A stretch of 64,000 bases of DNA, taken from NCBI GenBank assembly GCA_963708025.1, contig CAVPSB010000044.1, positions 1 to 64,000 on the forward strand, written 5' to 3'. Position numbers and translations under genes: made by a program. Source of the DNA: an uncultured Candidatus Rokubacteria bacterium. GTDB taxonomy: Bacteria > Methylomirabilota > Methylomirabilia > Rokubacteriales > DASRDR01. The notes beneath the pieces are model-generated. The model saw nothing but the letters and a program-made list of their open reading frames with translations, was not told where the DNA came from and ran no database searches. Positions 9,145 through 20,010 of the stretch are shown here, in pieces (the first letter of the stretch is position 1; the number at the start of each line of letters is the position of its first letter).

Positions 9145-10516
9145 GAAGCTGAGCTCCACCGCGAGGTCGCCGCGCGCGATCATCAGCCCTACCGAGTCGT
9201 ACTTGAGCGCCTCGAAGAGGATGACGGCGAGGTTGCGTGTCGCCGCCCGCGTCTCGAGCTTCAGGACCATCCCGAAGTCCGGCCGCCCCGCCTTCTTCAA
9301 GCGCTCGCCAATCCGTGCCACGTCCTGCGGCGTGGGGACTTGAGGACCTGAGTAACGCGGCACACGAGCCCATCGGGGCGCGCCGCTTCCACGACGGCCA
9401 CGAGCTTGCCATCGTCCAGCACCACCCGCTCCCCCGCCCGCACCTGCTCGAGGAGGCCGGGCTCGGGAAAGGCCAGCACGCGCTGCGCGGGGTCGTCGCT
9501 GTCCCCGCTCGCAGTGAGCAGCAGACTGTCCCCCACGCCCAGCGTCAGGGCCCTCGGCTGCTTGGGGAGTGCCCCGACGCACCCCTCGGCCAGCACGGCC
9601 TGGTTGCGTCGCCAGACGAGTCGCAACCCGGACATCACGTAAAGCGAGCGGTCGCACTCGGCGAGGACTCCGCCCTCGACGGCTCCACGCACCACGAGCG
9701 TGCGCTCCCGCTCGCCCGCGTCTGTCAGACGGATCTCGTCACCGCTCTGAAGCTTGGCCAGCCAGTCCGGCGGCACCGGTATCTGGGCGCCTCCCGCGTA
9801 CGCGGCCACGAGCAACACCGGGGTCGGCGCCACGGTCTTCCCACGGCGGTCCTTGCGGCGGGGCAGGTGCAGCACCGCGTCCTCGAACTGGCGGATCTCC
9901 GCCCGCAGCTTGGGTCCGGGAAGATCGACGATCACGCGGCCAGCCCTGCCGCGCACCGCCGCGCGCGCCTTGAAGGTTGACGCGATCGCCTCCCATTCGC
10001 GCGGAGACTCGTGCGCGCCGTTGATGCGGAGGAGATCGGCTCCGGCCTGGACCACCTCGTCCGCCCACTCCGGCGTCACGTCGGCGGCGTCAGGAGCAGT
10101 GACCATGATGTAGACGTGACGACCGGCCGGCGGCGGGCCGAAGAGCGCCGAGTATTCTCGTGCAGGAGCGCCGCAGCCTTTGCCCCGTCGAGGGGGTCGG
10201 CCGCGCCCGTGACCCCGCTTCCTTGGCCCGAGAGCCAGGCGCACAGCCGGAGCAGCGTGTCCCGCACATGTCCCTCGCTCCTGCCTAGGGAGGACAACCC
10301 CAGCGCCGCCAGCTCGGTCTGAAGGGGGCGGATCTCCTGCTTGCGCAAACCCAGGTAGTGGGCGAGATTCGCCGCGCTCAGCCGATGCGTCGCCAGGGCG
10401 GCGTCGATTCGCGCGCGCTGCCGCACCTCTTCGTCCTCGATCGCCTTCCTCAAGGCGAGGACTTTGGCGCGCGGGGATTCCAGGAGCCGCTGAGCCGACC
10501 CGGGCAAGAACTCCAC
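9145..10516 (-). pseudogene. pyk: Pyruvate kinase pseudogene
   Basis: ANLAHYLGLR, LGLSSLGRSE, RINGAH, DLPGPKLR, VLDDGK, LKLET, MIARGDLAVE spread over three frames; frameshift near 10149, deletion near 9340, 3' end lost at 9145. Confidence 0.85.
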
Positions 10517-10566
10517 CGTTCGGGCCTCGTCCTTGCAGAGTTTCCCGATCGCTCTCAGCGGGTGCG

Positions 10567-11187
10567 CTAGCGCTCCTTGGTCAAGAACTCGTCGCGCCGA
10601 TTCGTGGCCCAGCAGGCTTCGGTGCGCTCGCGACAGCGCGGCCGCTCCTTGCCGTAGGAGATCATCGTGATGCGATTCAACGGGATGCCCTGCGTCACGA
10701 GAAAGTTCACGGCTGCCCGGGCCCGTCGGTCACCGAGCGCCAGGTTGTACTCGTCGGTTCCGCGCTCGTCGCAGTGCCCCTCGATCAGCACCAGCTGGTT
10801 CGGATTGGCTTTGAGCCACGCCGCGCTGGCCTCCAAGGTCTTGGCGTCACCCGGACTGATGACGGCCTGGTCGAAGGCGAAGTTGATCGGCTTGAGCGCG
10901 TCGTTGGGTCTGTACTCCTTGGGCAGCGGCGCCGGGGGTGGAGTCGGAGCCGGGGTCGGAGGTGCCACGGGAGCCGGCGCCGGAGCCGGGGTCGGTGGAG
11001 CCGCCGGAGCGGCGACGACCGGGGGCGAGGCCGGGGCAGGAGGCGAGGACGGCGGCGCGGCCTGCGGGGCCGGAGCGGCCGGCGGCGGCGCCGACACCTC
11101 GGGAACCATCGGGCGCTTCGGACAGCCGGTCAGCATCAAGGCCAGCCCGACGGTCGGCACAACGAGGGCGAGGACTTTCGGTCGCAT
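10567..11187 (-). CDS. pal: Peptidoglycan-associated lipoprotein (OmpA-C domain) with Pro/Ala linker
   Basis: Lipobox LTGC; INFAFD, IEGHCDERGTDEYNLALGDRRA, SYGKERP, NRR. Confidence 0.9.
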   Translation of the reverse strand: MRPKVLALVVPTVGLALMLTGCPKRPMVPEVSAPPPAAPAPQAAPPSSPPAPASPPVVAAPAAPPTPAPAPAPVAPPTPAPTPPPAPLPKEYRPNDALKPINFAFDQAVISPGDAKTLEASAAWLKANPNQLVLIEGHCDERGTDEYNLALGDRRARAAVNFLVTQGIPLNRITMISYGKERPRCRERTEACWATNRRDEFLTKER

Positions 11188-11454
11188 AGGGGCCTCCTCT
11201 GCTGGCCGAGCCTACGTGGTCCGACCCGCTATGCGTGTCGGGAAGGTCCCACCGTTGAGGGTAGGAACCAAGAAGTCCGACCGAATCGCGAGCCAGGCGG
11301 GTGACATCAGCGACCACGGGCATCGGCTCCCAGCAACCGGCATGCGTATGGGGGCTCAGCCCGAATCGTCCGGCTCCCAGCGGAATGGCCTGGGCCACGG
11401 GAGCGCGCCGTCATCCACGCAGACGGCCGAGCGTGGGTCGGGCTGCCAACCTCG

Positions 11455-11484
11455 ACGTTACTGCCGGCGTTCAACCCCTGTCAA
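11455..11484 (-). promoter_or_regulatory. Candidate sigma-70 promoter upstream of pal
   Basis: TTGACA-N18-TAACGT on the minus strand. Confidence 0.45.
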
Positions 11485-11769
11485 GCGGGAGGTTAGCGCT
11501 GTCCCCTCACTCTCGTGCCGCTGCACGGCCCGGCGGGATCTTGCCTTGGAGTCTTCGCGATCTCGGCTACGTCGGATGGGCGGAACCGGACGTTCGAGGA
11601 TCGCTATGCACACCTTCCCGCCTGCTCATGTGCCGGGTGGCGCGGCCGATGCCCGAGCGGCTCCTCGCTCGCCCGCCGCATGGCCGGTCGGCGAGCGATG
11701 ACCACTCCCCGACATCGCCAGCGTGACGGCGATCAGCGTCAGGCCGGTCCAGATGAGCGACCCGCTCCA

Positions 11770-12130
11770 GAGCTCCAAACAGCCCGAGATGCGTCGGGCT
11801 CAACAGCGCGGCCAGCTCCCGCTCGACACCGAACACCACGTGCCAGATCATGTCGCCGAGGCCGGCGACCGCGAACAGGATCACCCCGTAGCCGCCCAGG
11901 GCATAACCAGACGGCAGGGCTGTCCAGGACCCCGCCCTCCGCCGGGCGCGCCCCACGGTCCATGCGATCCATCCGCCGGTGGCCAGAAACCCGGAATAGA
12001 GCACAGCGTGCCAGGGCGTGAAAAAGGTCTCGAGGTCGGGCCGGGTATTGTGCGCCCAGGCATCGAGGAACACGCCGGCGATCAGCCAGGCCGATAGGAC
12101 CGCGGTCAGGAAATCCCGACCCCAGCTCCT
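11770..12130 (-). pseudogene. Fragment of a conserved membrane protein
   Basis: WLIAGVFLDAWAH...FFTPWHAVLYSGF...GDMIWHVVFGVE...LLSPTHL, then hydrophobic coding character is lost. Confidence 0.55.
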
Positions 12131-12497
12131 CGGTTGTGGCCGGACCACCCGACCGGCCGCCGAAGCTCGGCTCTCCGCCAGGACACCGGCAGTCTTGCGG
12201 CCATTGGCACGCGGCACGCTTGCCGCCACACGGCCCGCGGGCCACCGGGCGCGGATGCGGCCGACCATCCGATTGAGCATCCCGGTGCCGAGTCTCGCGG
12301 CTCAGGACCGCGGGACCCACCGTTCTGGCGTTGTCGCCTCGACCGACCAGCTCATCTGCGTCAGCCCGTACGCAGTCAGCTACCATGATAACCAGAATCA
12401 TCGCCCTTGCGCCGTCACCGACGCCCGGGCACCTCAGGAGGTAGCTCAGATTCGGTGGGGTCTAGCCCCGCGCCGGGGACGTTGACGGGTCGCACCC

Positions 12498-12598
12498 CGT
12501 AGTGTCCGAAGACTCATCCCATCTCAGGCTCAGGCCGCGCGGTGATAGTACCGTAACAGCCCGCCCAGGCGGTCCCGACAGCGGACCTGGGTCCCGCC
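12498..12598 (-). mobile_element. Solo right end of another rve-type IS
   Basis: QVRCRDRLGGLLRYYHRAA* (cf. RDLLGGLLREYYSAAA* at 18518), followed by GATGAGTCTTCGGACACTACG; truncates the adjacent A-domain fragment. Confidence 0.65.
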
Positions 12599-12855
12599 AG
12601 CGGCGGTCGTCCAGCAGCAAGATCTCGACATCCGGGACGGGATGGCCGAGGAGCGCCACCGGCTCGGGGGCATCGCCGCGCTCGGCGAGGATGGCGTGCG
12701 CCACGCGGTTGGCCATGAACGTCGAGCTCCGCGTACGTCACTCCGCGGGCGGGGGTGCCGACGGCGAGCCGATCGCCGTGCGCCGCCACCACCTGCTCGA
12801 ACCGGTGTGGGAGCGAGCGCTCGACGTCCGCGTGCGTGAGGGGAGCGAGGGGCAT
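12599..12855 (-). pseudogene. Truncated second adenylation-domain gene
   Basis: VERSLPHRFEQVV...VTYAELD, frameshift, ANRVAHAIL...PVALL fused directly to GHPVPDVEILLLDD (large internal deletion). Confidence 0.7.
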
Positions 12856-12862
12856 GGAGGAC

Positions 12863-15800
12863 CTACGCCCCGCGCGGCGGGCCGCCGGGCGGAGCGTCGA
12901 GTCCCTTCAAGAACTGCTCCTGGTCGGCCGGGGCCAGGCCCTCCAGCTTCCGCTGCACGATGAGGGTGGCCTGCGTCGCGACGGTGGACGCCTCGAAGAA
13001 CCGGCGGAGCGGGATGTTGACCTCGAAGGTGGTCTCGACCCTCGCCAGGATCTGCATGGCGAGGACGGAGTGTCCGCCGAGCTGGAAGAAGTCGTCGTCG
13101 ACGCCGATCCGATCTACGGCGAGGACCTCCTTCCAGATCTGCAATAGCTGCTCCTGGAACGGCGTCGACGGCGCGGTGAGCGCGGTGTCCCCCGCTCGCT
13201 CCACGGCAGGCGGCGCGGGCAGGGCACGCCGGTCGACCTTGCCGGTCGGCGCCAGCGGCAGCGCCTCGAGCCACACGAACGCGGACGGGATCATGTAGCC
13301 GGGGAGCGTCGCCGCGAGACGCTCGCGCAGGATGGCCGCCGGCGGGGGCGTCTCGCCGTCGGCGACGAGGTACGCCACGAGGCGCGCGTCGTGGCTGCCG
13401 TCCTCGCGAACGACCACGACGGCTGCCCTGGCGGAGGACACGGAGAGCAGCGCGCGCTCGATCTCGCCGACCTCGATGCGCTGGCCGCGGATCTTCGCCT
13501 GGGAGTCCTTGCGGCCGTGGTGCTCGAGGCAGCCGTCGGCGCGCAGCACCCCGACGTCTCCGGTCCGGTAGATCCGCGCGTCGCCGCCGGCGGGGTCCTT
13601 CGCGAAGGCGGCCGCCGTCAGCTCGGGCTGGCGCCAGTAGCCGACGGCGAGGAACGGGCTGCGGATCGCGATCTCGCCCTCCCAGTTCGCCGGCAGGGGC
13701 TGTCCGCCCTCGTCGACGATGAGGACCTCCGTGTCGTCCACGGGGTACCCGACGGGCACGACCGCGCCGTCGATCGGCGTCCGCGCGTCGATGAAGTTCT
13801 GGCGGATCACGTGCATCTCGGTGGCGCCGAGACGGTTGTGGAGCAGGCATGGCGCGTCGAAATGCCGCCGGAAGAGGTCGACGTCGCCCGGGGTCACGGG
13901 CTCACCCACCAGCTCGACCAGGCGCAGCGACGGGAACCGCTCGTCCGCGGCGAGGGTCCGGCAGAACAGGCGGAACGTCGTCGGCACCGTCTTGAAGACG
14001 GTGATCGAGACGTCGCGCAGCAGTGCCGCCAGTCCGGTGATCCCGCGCTCGCGAAGCGGGAACGGATGGAGCGCGGCGCCGTTGAGGAGGGCGCCGAAGG
14101 TGTTGGTCATCGCCGCGCTGAAGCTGAAGGACAGCAGCATGGTCATCCGGTCGGCGGCGGCGAGGTGAGTGCCGTTCGTGTACTTCATGATGTTGTGCAG
14201 GACGTTCCGGTGGCTCTGCACCACGCCGCGAGGCTGGCCCGTCGAGCCCGAGGTGTAGAGCACGTACGCGAACGCGTCCGGCGGGATGGCGATCCGGAGG
14301 TCGTCGTCGGCGAGCGCGAGGTCGACGGCCGCGGTGTCGAGGAGGCGCGCCGGCTCGACGGCCAGCCCCGCGGCGAGCTCGCGATGCGGCGGGTCGGTCA
14401 GCAGCAGCGTGGGCCTCGCATCGTCCAGCATGGTGCGCAGGCGATCGACCGGGAACGTGGGGTCCAGCGGCACGAACATCTTGCCGGCCTTCAGGACTGC
14501 GAGCATCGCCGTGATCGTCGGCGCCCCATGGCTCGTCAGCAGCGCGATCGGCCCGACACCCTCGGGGTCGCGGGCGACGAGCGCCCGGCCGAGTCGGTTG
14601 GCGGCGCGGTTGAGCGCGTCGTACGTCAGGGCGTCACCGTCGGTCACGACCGCGGGCCGGGCGCCGTGGAGCGCCGCCTGCGCCTCGAAGCGCGCCGCTA
14701 CGGATTGCTCGATCGCCGTGCGGGGGAACGGCGTGAACGGGTTGGTCGGGGCCACGCGGGGGGCCGGCGAGACGGCAGGCGTCGGCGGTGCCATCCCGGC
14801 CGGCACATCCGCCTCCCACGCCGTCCGGACCAGCTCCAGCTTCCCCGTGCGGGGATCGGCCGGGATGTCGGCCACGCGCCGGACCGAGAACGCCGTGCGA
14901 CGCGCGCCGAGGGTCGCGAGCACGCGCGCGAAGTCGCGCGCCACCACCGCGTCCTGATCGTCCGTGCCCACGTAGTCGATGCGGACCCGATCGGGCCCGA
15001 CCGACACGAACTGGATCCGGCGCAGACCGGCGGCATAGATCTGCAGCAGCGGGATCGACGAGATGCGGCCGGCCGTCCCATCGTCCATGAGCGCCGGCAG
15101 CGTGGCGGTCTTGCGCCCCTGGATGTCGCGGATCGTCGAGGACGCGCGGCCGTCGGCCACGGCCCCGCGCACGACCTCGTCTCCCAGCTCGTAGCGAATG
15201 ACGGGGAGCGCGTAGTTGTAGAGGTTCGTCAGGACGACACGGCCGGACTCTCCGGCACCGACCTCGCGATGCTCGGCGTCCAGGATCTCGACGATGTTCA
15301 GGTCGTCGAGCACCGTGATCTCCGGCTCGCCGGGGCCGCGGATCCCGATGTACAGCGATTCGGTGGCCACGTAGAGCAGGTACGGCTTCGTGCCCCACGC
15401 GGCGGCGATGGTCCTTTCCATGGACTCGGAGAGGCGGTCGCTCCCCACGACGACCCACCGGGGCGCGATGCGCAGTCGGCCCGCCAGCGCCCACTCGGCG
15501 AGCGTCGCCACGGCGGTCGAGTATCCGACCAGGCGGTCCGGCTGGAATGCCTCCAGGCGCTCCACGACCTGGGCGGGCGGGTCGAGCATCGAGAGCAGCA
15601 GCACGTCGTGCAGCGCCGGCGTCAGGTAGCGGCTGGTCGTGATCGAGGTGCCGTGTCCAAAGGTGGACACGTAGAACGCCACGCGGGTCTTTCCCGACGG
15701 CCCGGGCTCGGGCGCGGGTAGCCGGGTCGAGGCGCTGGCATTCACGGTCCTCCAGGCGGGCCGGTCGTAGACGAAGAACCCCCAGGTCCCGGACGTCCCG

Positions 15801-16090
15801 GAGCTCGTCACCGCGATCAGGTCCTCGTGGAACAGGTCCCGCGGGTCGCGGTGCTCGGCGAACCACCGCTCGAGCTCACGTTTCCGGAGCCGCCGGTCGG
15901 TCACGGCAGCGTCGAAGTGGTCCATGAGGATCGGCTTGGTCAGGAACGGGAGATCGCGGACGGTGACGTGGGCCAGGTCCTCCTGCCTGATCCCGTGGTC
16001 GCCGTAGTACTCCCTGTAGAAGCTCGACTGCGCCCAGACGTGGTGCAGCAGGGCGGAGAGCTCGCGCTGTTGCGCGCGTGACGTGTCCAT
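12863..16090 (-). CDS. PaaK-like ligase domain + NRPS-type adenylation domain + carrier protein (1075 aa)
   Basis: N-terminal TSSGTSG, YVATE, VVLTNLYNYALPVIRYELGD, GR; then YTSGSTG, LGATE, YRTGD, GRKDSQAKIRGQRIE, PTGKVDR; carrier motif FFQLGGHS. Confidence 0.9.
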   Translation of the reverse strand: MDTSRAQQRELSALLHHVWAQSSFYREYYGDHGIRQEDLAHVTVRDLPFLTKPILMDHFDAAVTDRRLRKRELERWFAEHRDPRDLFHEDLIAVTSSGTSGTWGFFVYDRPAWRTVNASASTRLPAPEPGPSGKTRVAFYVSTFGHGTSITTSRYLTPALHDVLLLSMLDPPAQVVERLEAFQPDRLVGYSTAVATLAEWALAGRLRIAPRWVVVGSDRLSESMERTIAAAWGTKPYLLYVATESLYIGIRGPGEPEITVLDDLNIVEILDAEHREVGAGESGRVVLTNLYNYALPVIRYELGDEVVRGAVADGRASSTIRDIQGRKTATLPALMDDGTAGRISSIPLLQIYAAGLRRIQFVSVGPDRVRIDYVGTDDQDAVVARDFARVLATLGARRTAFSVRRVADIPADPRTGKLELVRTAWEADVPAGMAPPTPAVSPAPRVAPTNPFTPFPRTAIEQSVAARFEAQAALHGARPAVVTDGDALTYDALNRAANRLGRALVARDPEGVGPIALLTSHGAPTITAMLAVLKAGKMFVPLDPTFPVDRLRTMLDDARPTLLLTDPPHRELAAGLAVEPARLLDTAAVDLALADDDLRIAIPPDAFAYVLYTSGSTGQPRGVVQSHRNVLHNIMKYTNGTHLAAADRMTMLLSFSFSAAMTNTFGALLNGAALHPFPLRERGITGLAALLRDVSITVFKTVPTTFRLFCRTLAADERFPSLRLVELVGEPVTPGDVDLFRRHFDAPCLLHNRLGATEMHVIRQNFIDARTPIDGAVVPVGYPVDDTEVLIVDEGGQPLPANWEGEIAIRSPFLAVGYWRQPELTAAAFAKDPAGGDARIYRTGDVGVLRADGCLEHHGRKDSQAKIRGQRIEVGEIERALLSVSSARAAVVVVREDGSHDARLVAYLVADGETPPPAAILRERLAATLPGYMIPSAFVWLEALPLAPTGKVDRRALPAPPAVERAGDTALTAPSTPFQEQLLQIWKEVLAVDRIGVDDDFFQLGGHSVLAMQILARVETTFEVNIPLRRFFEASTVATQATLIVQRKLEGLAPADQEQFLKGLDAPPGGPPRGA

Positions 16091-16324
16091 GTCGCGTGGG
16101 CTCCTCTCGAGTCGCGCCGCGTCACCCGGCGCGCGAGCCGTCGATCGGCGGGGATGACTGAGAAATGTGCGCGATTTCTATAGCATGCGCGTCGCCGGCA
16201 GGTCACTGCGATCGGCCGAACGCTGCGGCGGCGGCCGAAGCAGGTGCTGGCCGATGCGGGCCATTGCACGGCCGCGGAGCCGAGAATGCCCAGCTGGAGG
16301 CGCGTGCCAAGCCGTGTGGCGCCG

Positions 16325-17131
16325 CTAGGAGAGCCGCAGGTCGTCGGCGTACACTTCCTCGCCCCGCAGGTACGCCGTGCGGAAGGGATTCAGCCCGTGC
16401 GAGCCACCGTTCACAGCCTTGCGAGCCTCGGCCAGATCGTTCCGGGCGATGGCGGCCCTGATCCGGGTCTCCTCGCGTTTGAGGAACTCGGCGAGGATCT
16501 TGCCCGCGATGTCCGGATCGTTCGCCTTCTCGGGGTCGTCGACGAGCTGGTTGCCGAGGTTGATGCGCCGCCCGATGTCCGCGTAGTTCGCCCGTCCCGT
16601 GAGCTGGATGTACCCGCGGCCCTTGTAGCGCTCCCCGTCCGGCGGCCCCTGGTTCCCGAGGTCTCTGCGGTTGTCATAGAGGTCGAACGGACGCCCGCCG
16701 GGCGAGGTGTTGAATCGCGACACGCCCTCGCTGATCGGTAGGAACATCGCGGTCTCGGCGCGGATGGTGGCCACGGCCATCAGGAACATGGTCTTGTCCG
16801 CCAGAGCGCTCTGGGTGAGACCCCTGACCACGAAGGGCAGATTGCTCTCAACATTCGCGAACCGCGTGCCCGGGAAGAGGAGGGACGTGCTCTCGGGAGA
16901 GCACGTCCCGACCGGACCGATCAGATGGTCGAGCCCGAGGGCCCGCGCCGTCGCCTCGTCGATCTGACCGGTCACGGGGAGGTGGAGCGAGAGCTGGAAG
17001 GCGCGCACGGCGTTCTCGGTGCCGCTGCCGAAGTCGCCGTCGATCGCCTTCTGGTAGAACCCTCGCTCCTTGAGCGCGCGCTGGGCGTCGCTCACCCACG
17101 GGGAGTCATCGCCGTTGCGCAGGATCGGCAT
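16325..17131 (-). CDS. Peptidoglycan-binding domain + GH19 (chitinase/lysozyme-like) hydrolase
   Basis: DGDFGSGTENAVRAFQ...TGQID; AET; YKGRGYIQLTGRANY; ARKAVNGG. Confidence 0.85.
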   Translation of the reverse strand: MPILRNGDDSPWVSDAQRALKERGFYQKAIDGDFGSGTENAVRAFQLSLHLPVTGQIDEATARALGLDHLIGPVGTCSPESTSLLFPGTRFANVESNLPFVVRGLTQSALADKTMFLMAVATIRAETAMFLPISEGVSRFNTSPGGRPFDLYDNRRDLGNQGPPDGERYKGRGYIQLTGRANYADIGRRINLGNQLVDDPEKANDPDIAGKILAEFLKREETRIRAAIARNDLAEARKAVNGGSHGLNPFRTAYLRGEEVYADDLRLS

Positions 17132-17361
17132 CGCAGAGGCAGTATAGCGTTGTTGCGGAACTCTGAGAAGTGCGGAATTATGGAAAACACACCATAATCC
17201 GCATAGGACTAAACCGCTGACGCGGTAGTCGGTCGCCCACCGGTCAGCCGGGCACCCTCGCCTTCCGGCTGACTCCCTCTTCTCGCCGTCGTCCTCAGCA
17301 TGTCCCGTTGTGAAAGCATGGCGTGGCTGCGTGCAGCCGATTCCACCTCGCCACGGAGGAC

Positions 17362-18540
17362 TGAAGGGCACACTTATTCGTGATCGGCGTGGCGGGCAGT
17401 AGGCGGGTAGGGTTGGACAGCATCTCAGGAGCTGGAGGGGCTGCATGGGGCGGTCTGTTTTGGTCCTGGTCCTGCTGCGCGTCCTCGCGCTATTCGTGCG
17501 GAGGAGCGAGGACGCGAAGGATCTGGAGATCGTAGTCCTTCGTCACCAACTTCAAGTACTGCGGCGGCAAGTCGGCCGTCCTCGGTTTCGGTGGAGCGAT
17601 CGCCTCTTCCTCGCCGCGGCGAGCCGCCACTTGGCGCGGGAGACTTGGCGCGCCTTCCTCGTGACGCCCCAGACCGTGCTCCGCTGGCACCGCGAACTCG
17701 TCCGCCGGACGTGGTCCCGCGGGGCCGGCCGCCGGCCGGGTCGACCGGCCCTCGCCGAGGCGACGCGGGCGTTGATTCTCCGGGTGGCTCGCGAGAACCC
17801 GCGATGGGGCTATCAGCGGATTCAGGGGGAACTGGCGAAGCTCGGCCTTCGAGTATCGGCCACTGCGATCCGAAGACTCCTGAGCCGCCACGGGCTCGGG
17901 CCGGTTCCCCGCCAAGGCGGGCCGAGTTGGCGGGCGTTCCTGCGCCAGCAGGCGGCGAGCGTGCTGGCCTGTGACTTCTTGACGGTCGAGACGATGTGGC
18001 TCAAAACGCTCTACGTGCTGTTCTTCATCGAGCTGGGGAGCCGGCGGGTGCTCCTCGGGGGCTGCACGGCGAACCCCGACGCCGCCTGGGTCACCCAGCA
18101 GGCGCGGAATCTCGCTCGGGAGCGGCCCGACGCTGAGGGCCCGGTGCGGTTCCTGGTACGCGACCGGGATAGCAAGTTCACCCGGGCGTTTGATGAGGTC
18201 TTCCGGAGCGAGGCCGTCCGGGTTCTCCGCACACCCGTGCGAGCACCCCGGGCCAATGCGTACGCCGAACGCTGGGTCCGGACGGTGCGGACGGAGTGTC
18301 TCGACTGGCTCCTCATCCGGAATCGGACGCATCTGGAACGGGTGCTCCGAATCTACGTCCGCCGTTACAACCACCAACGACCTCACCGAGGGCTCGGGAT
18401 GGTCACCTCCGAGGGACGGCGCCAGCCGGCGCCGATCGCCTCCGCGGCGCGCGTGAAGGTGTGGCGGCGCGATCTCCTCGGTGGTCTACTGCGCGAATAT
18501 TACTCGGCCGCCGCATGAACCGGGGTTTGTGCACCCTTCA
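17362..18540 (+). mobile_element. rve-type IS (IS481/IS3-like) with imperfect terminal IRs
   Basis: Left TGAAGGGCACA, right TGTGCACCCTTCA, enclosing the transposase; no target duplication seen. Confidence 0.7.
17445..18518 (+). CDS. Integrase-core (rve) DDE transposase
   Basis: LRHQLQVLRRQ, ENPRWGYQRIQGEL, ACDFLTV, RDRDSKF, NAYAERWVRTVRTEC, YNHQRPH. Confidence 0.93.
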   Translation: MGRSVLVLVLLRVLALFVRRSEDAKDLEIVVLRHQLQVLRRQVGRPRFRWSDRLFLAAASRHLARETWRAFLVTPQTVLRWHRELVRRTWSRGAGRRPGRPALAEATRALILRVARENPRWGYQRIQGELAKLGLRVSATAIRRLLSRHGLGPVPRQGGPSWRAFLRQQAASVLACDFLTVETMWLKTLYVLFFIELGSRRVLLGGCTANPDAAWVTQQARNLARERPDAEGPVRFLVRDRDSKFTRAFDEVFRSEAVRVLRTPVRAPRANAYAERWVRTVRTECLDWLLIRNRTHLERVLRIYVRRYNHQRPHRGLGMVTSEGRRQPAPIASAARVKVWRRDLLGGLLREYYSAAA

Positions 18541-18590
18541 GGCTGGTTGGCAGAGGTTCACGGACACTTCACGGACACGAAAGGTCTTCC

Positions 18591-18964
18591 TCACGCCTCG
18601 CCACGGATCCGGACCGCGTGCTCCTCCACGACCCACAGTCGCCGAGTCACCGCTTCCGTGACCATGAGCGGCAGCATCCGTCTGATCGCCGCCAGGATGC
18701 GCGCCTTGTCCTGCCGCGTCGCTCTGAGAACAATGATCCCCGGGTACTCATCCGGCGGATAGGCCCTGATGTCCCCGAAGTCCACGTCGAGCGTGACGAA
18801 GACACGCCCTTCCCGCTGTACCACCTCCATGAGGCGCGCGTCCTCGACGCCCGCGAGCCCTTGGCTCGTGACCGTGGATGCCTCGTACCCAGCATCACGC
18901 AATGCTGCGGCGACGTCTTCGGGAAGGTTCTCGTCGACCTTGAACGCGAGGGGGCGCTCCGGCA

Positions 18965-18965
<1 letters not shown>
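18591..18965 (-). CDS. DUF5615 PIN-like toxin
   Basis: FKVDENLP...REGRVFVTLDVDFGDI...PGIIVLR. Confidence 0.88.
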
Positions 18966-19522
<557 letters not shown>

Positions 19523-19670
19523 TCAGAAAGCCTCCTCGTCAGACTTGGCGCGCCCGCTCAAGCGACGGCTTCGAGGGCGACCCGGTAGCCCTGACGCTCA
19601 AGCGTCGCGAGAGCCGGTCGCTTTGTCCGTTCGGCTTGGCGGCGGTCGTAGTAGTCGTCCCCGAGTTCGT

Positions 19671-19898
19671 ACCGCTACCAGCGCGTCGCCTGATCGCGGC
19701 CAGGCGCAGCCGTGGCCATCGCTCGCGGAGCCCGTCAGATGGCGGACTTGTCCACGAGGTTCAGCGCCGCGCCCTCGCGGATTGTCGGTCGGTCTCCGAT
19801 CCCAGCCCGCCAGTGGGCAGCGACGGCAGGTCCAGACGTCTGCACCGAGCGTCGCCGCGGAGGCGAGGTGAGTGCCGATCAGGTTTCTAACCGGGACA
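19671..19898 (+). mobile_element. Solo right end of an rve/IS481-like element
   Basis: RYQRVA*, about 205 bp non-coding, GCCGATCAGGTTTCTAACCGGGACA; both ends match 5150-5374. Confidence 0.6.
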
Positions 19899-20010
19899 GG
19901 CGTGCGCGGTCTGCAGGAACGACGCCGTCAGACCCGCGGCGATCCGGACGAGCCGGCGCACCATCCCGGCATCATCGGCTCGACGCCGCGCGGGGTCAAA
20001 GTCGGCGCGG

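Noticed and set aside
12436-12500. tRNA-like GTAGCTCAG segment as the other att end of tRNA-Arg
   Set aside because: Only about 9 nt match, on the wrong strand, with no cloverleaf.
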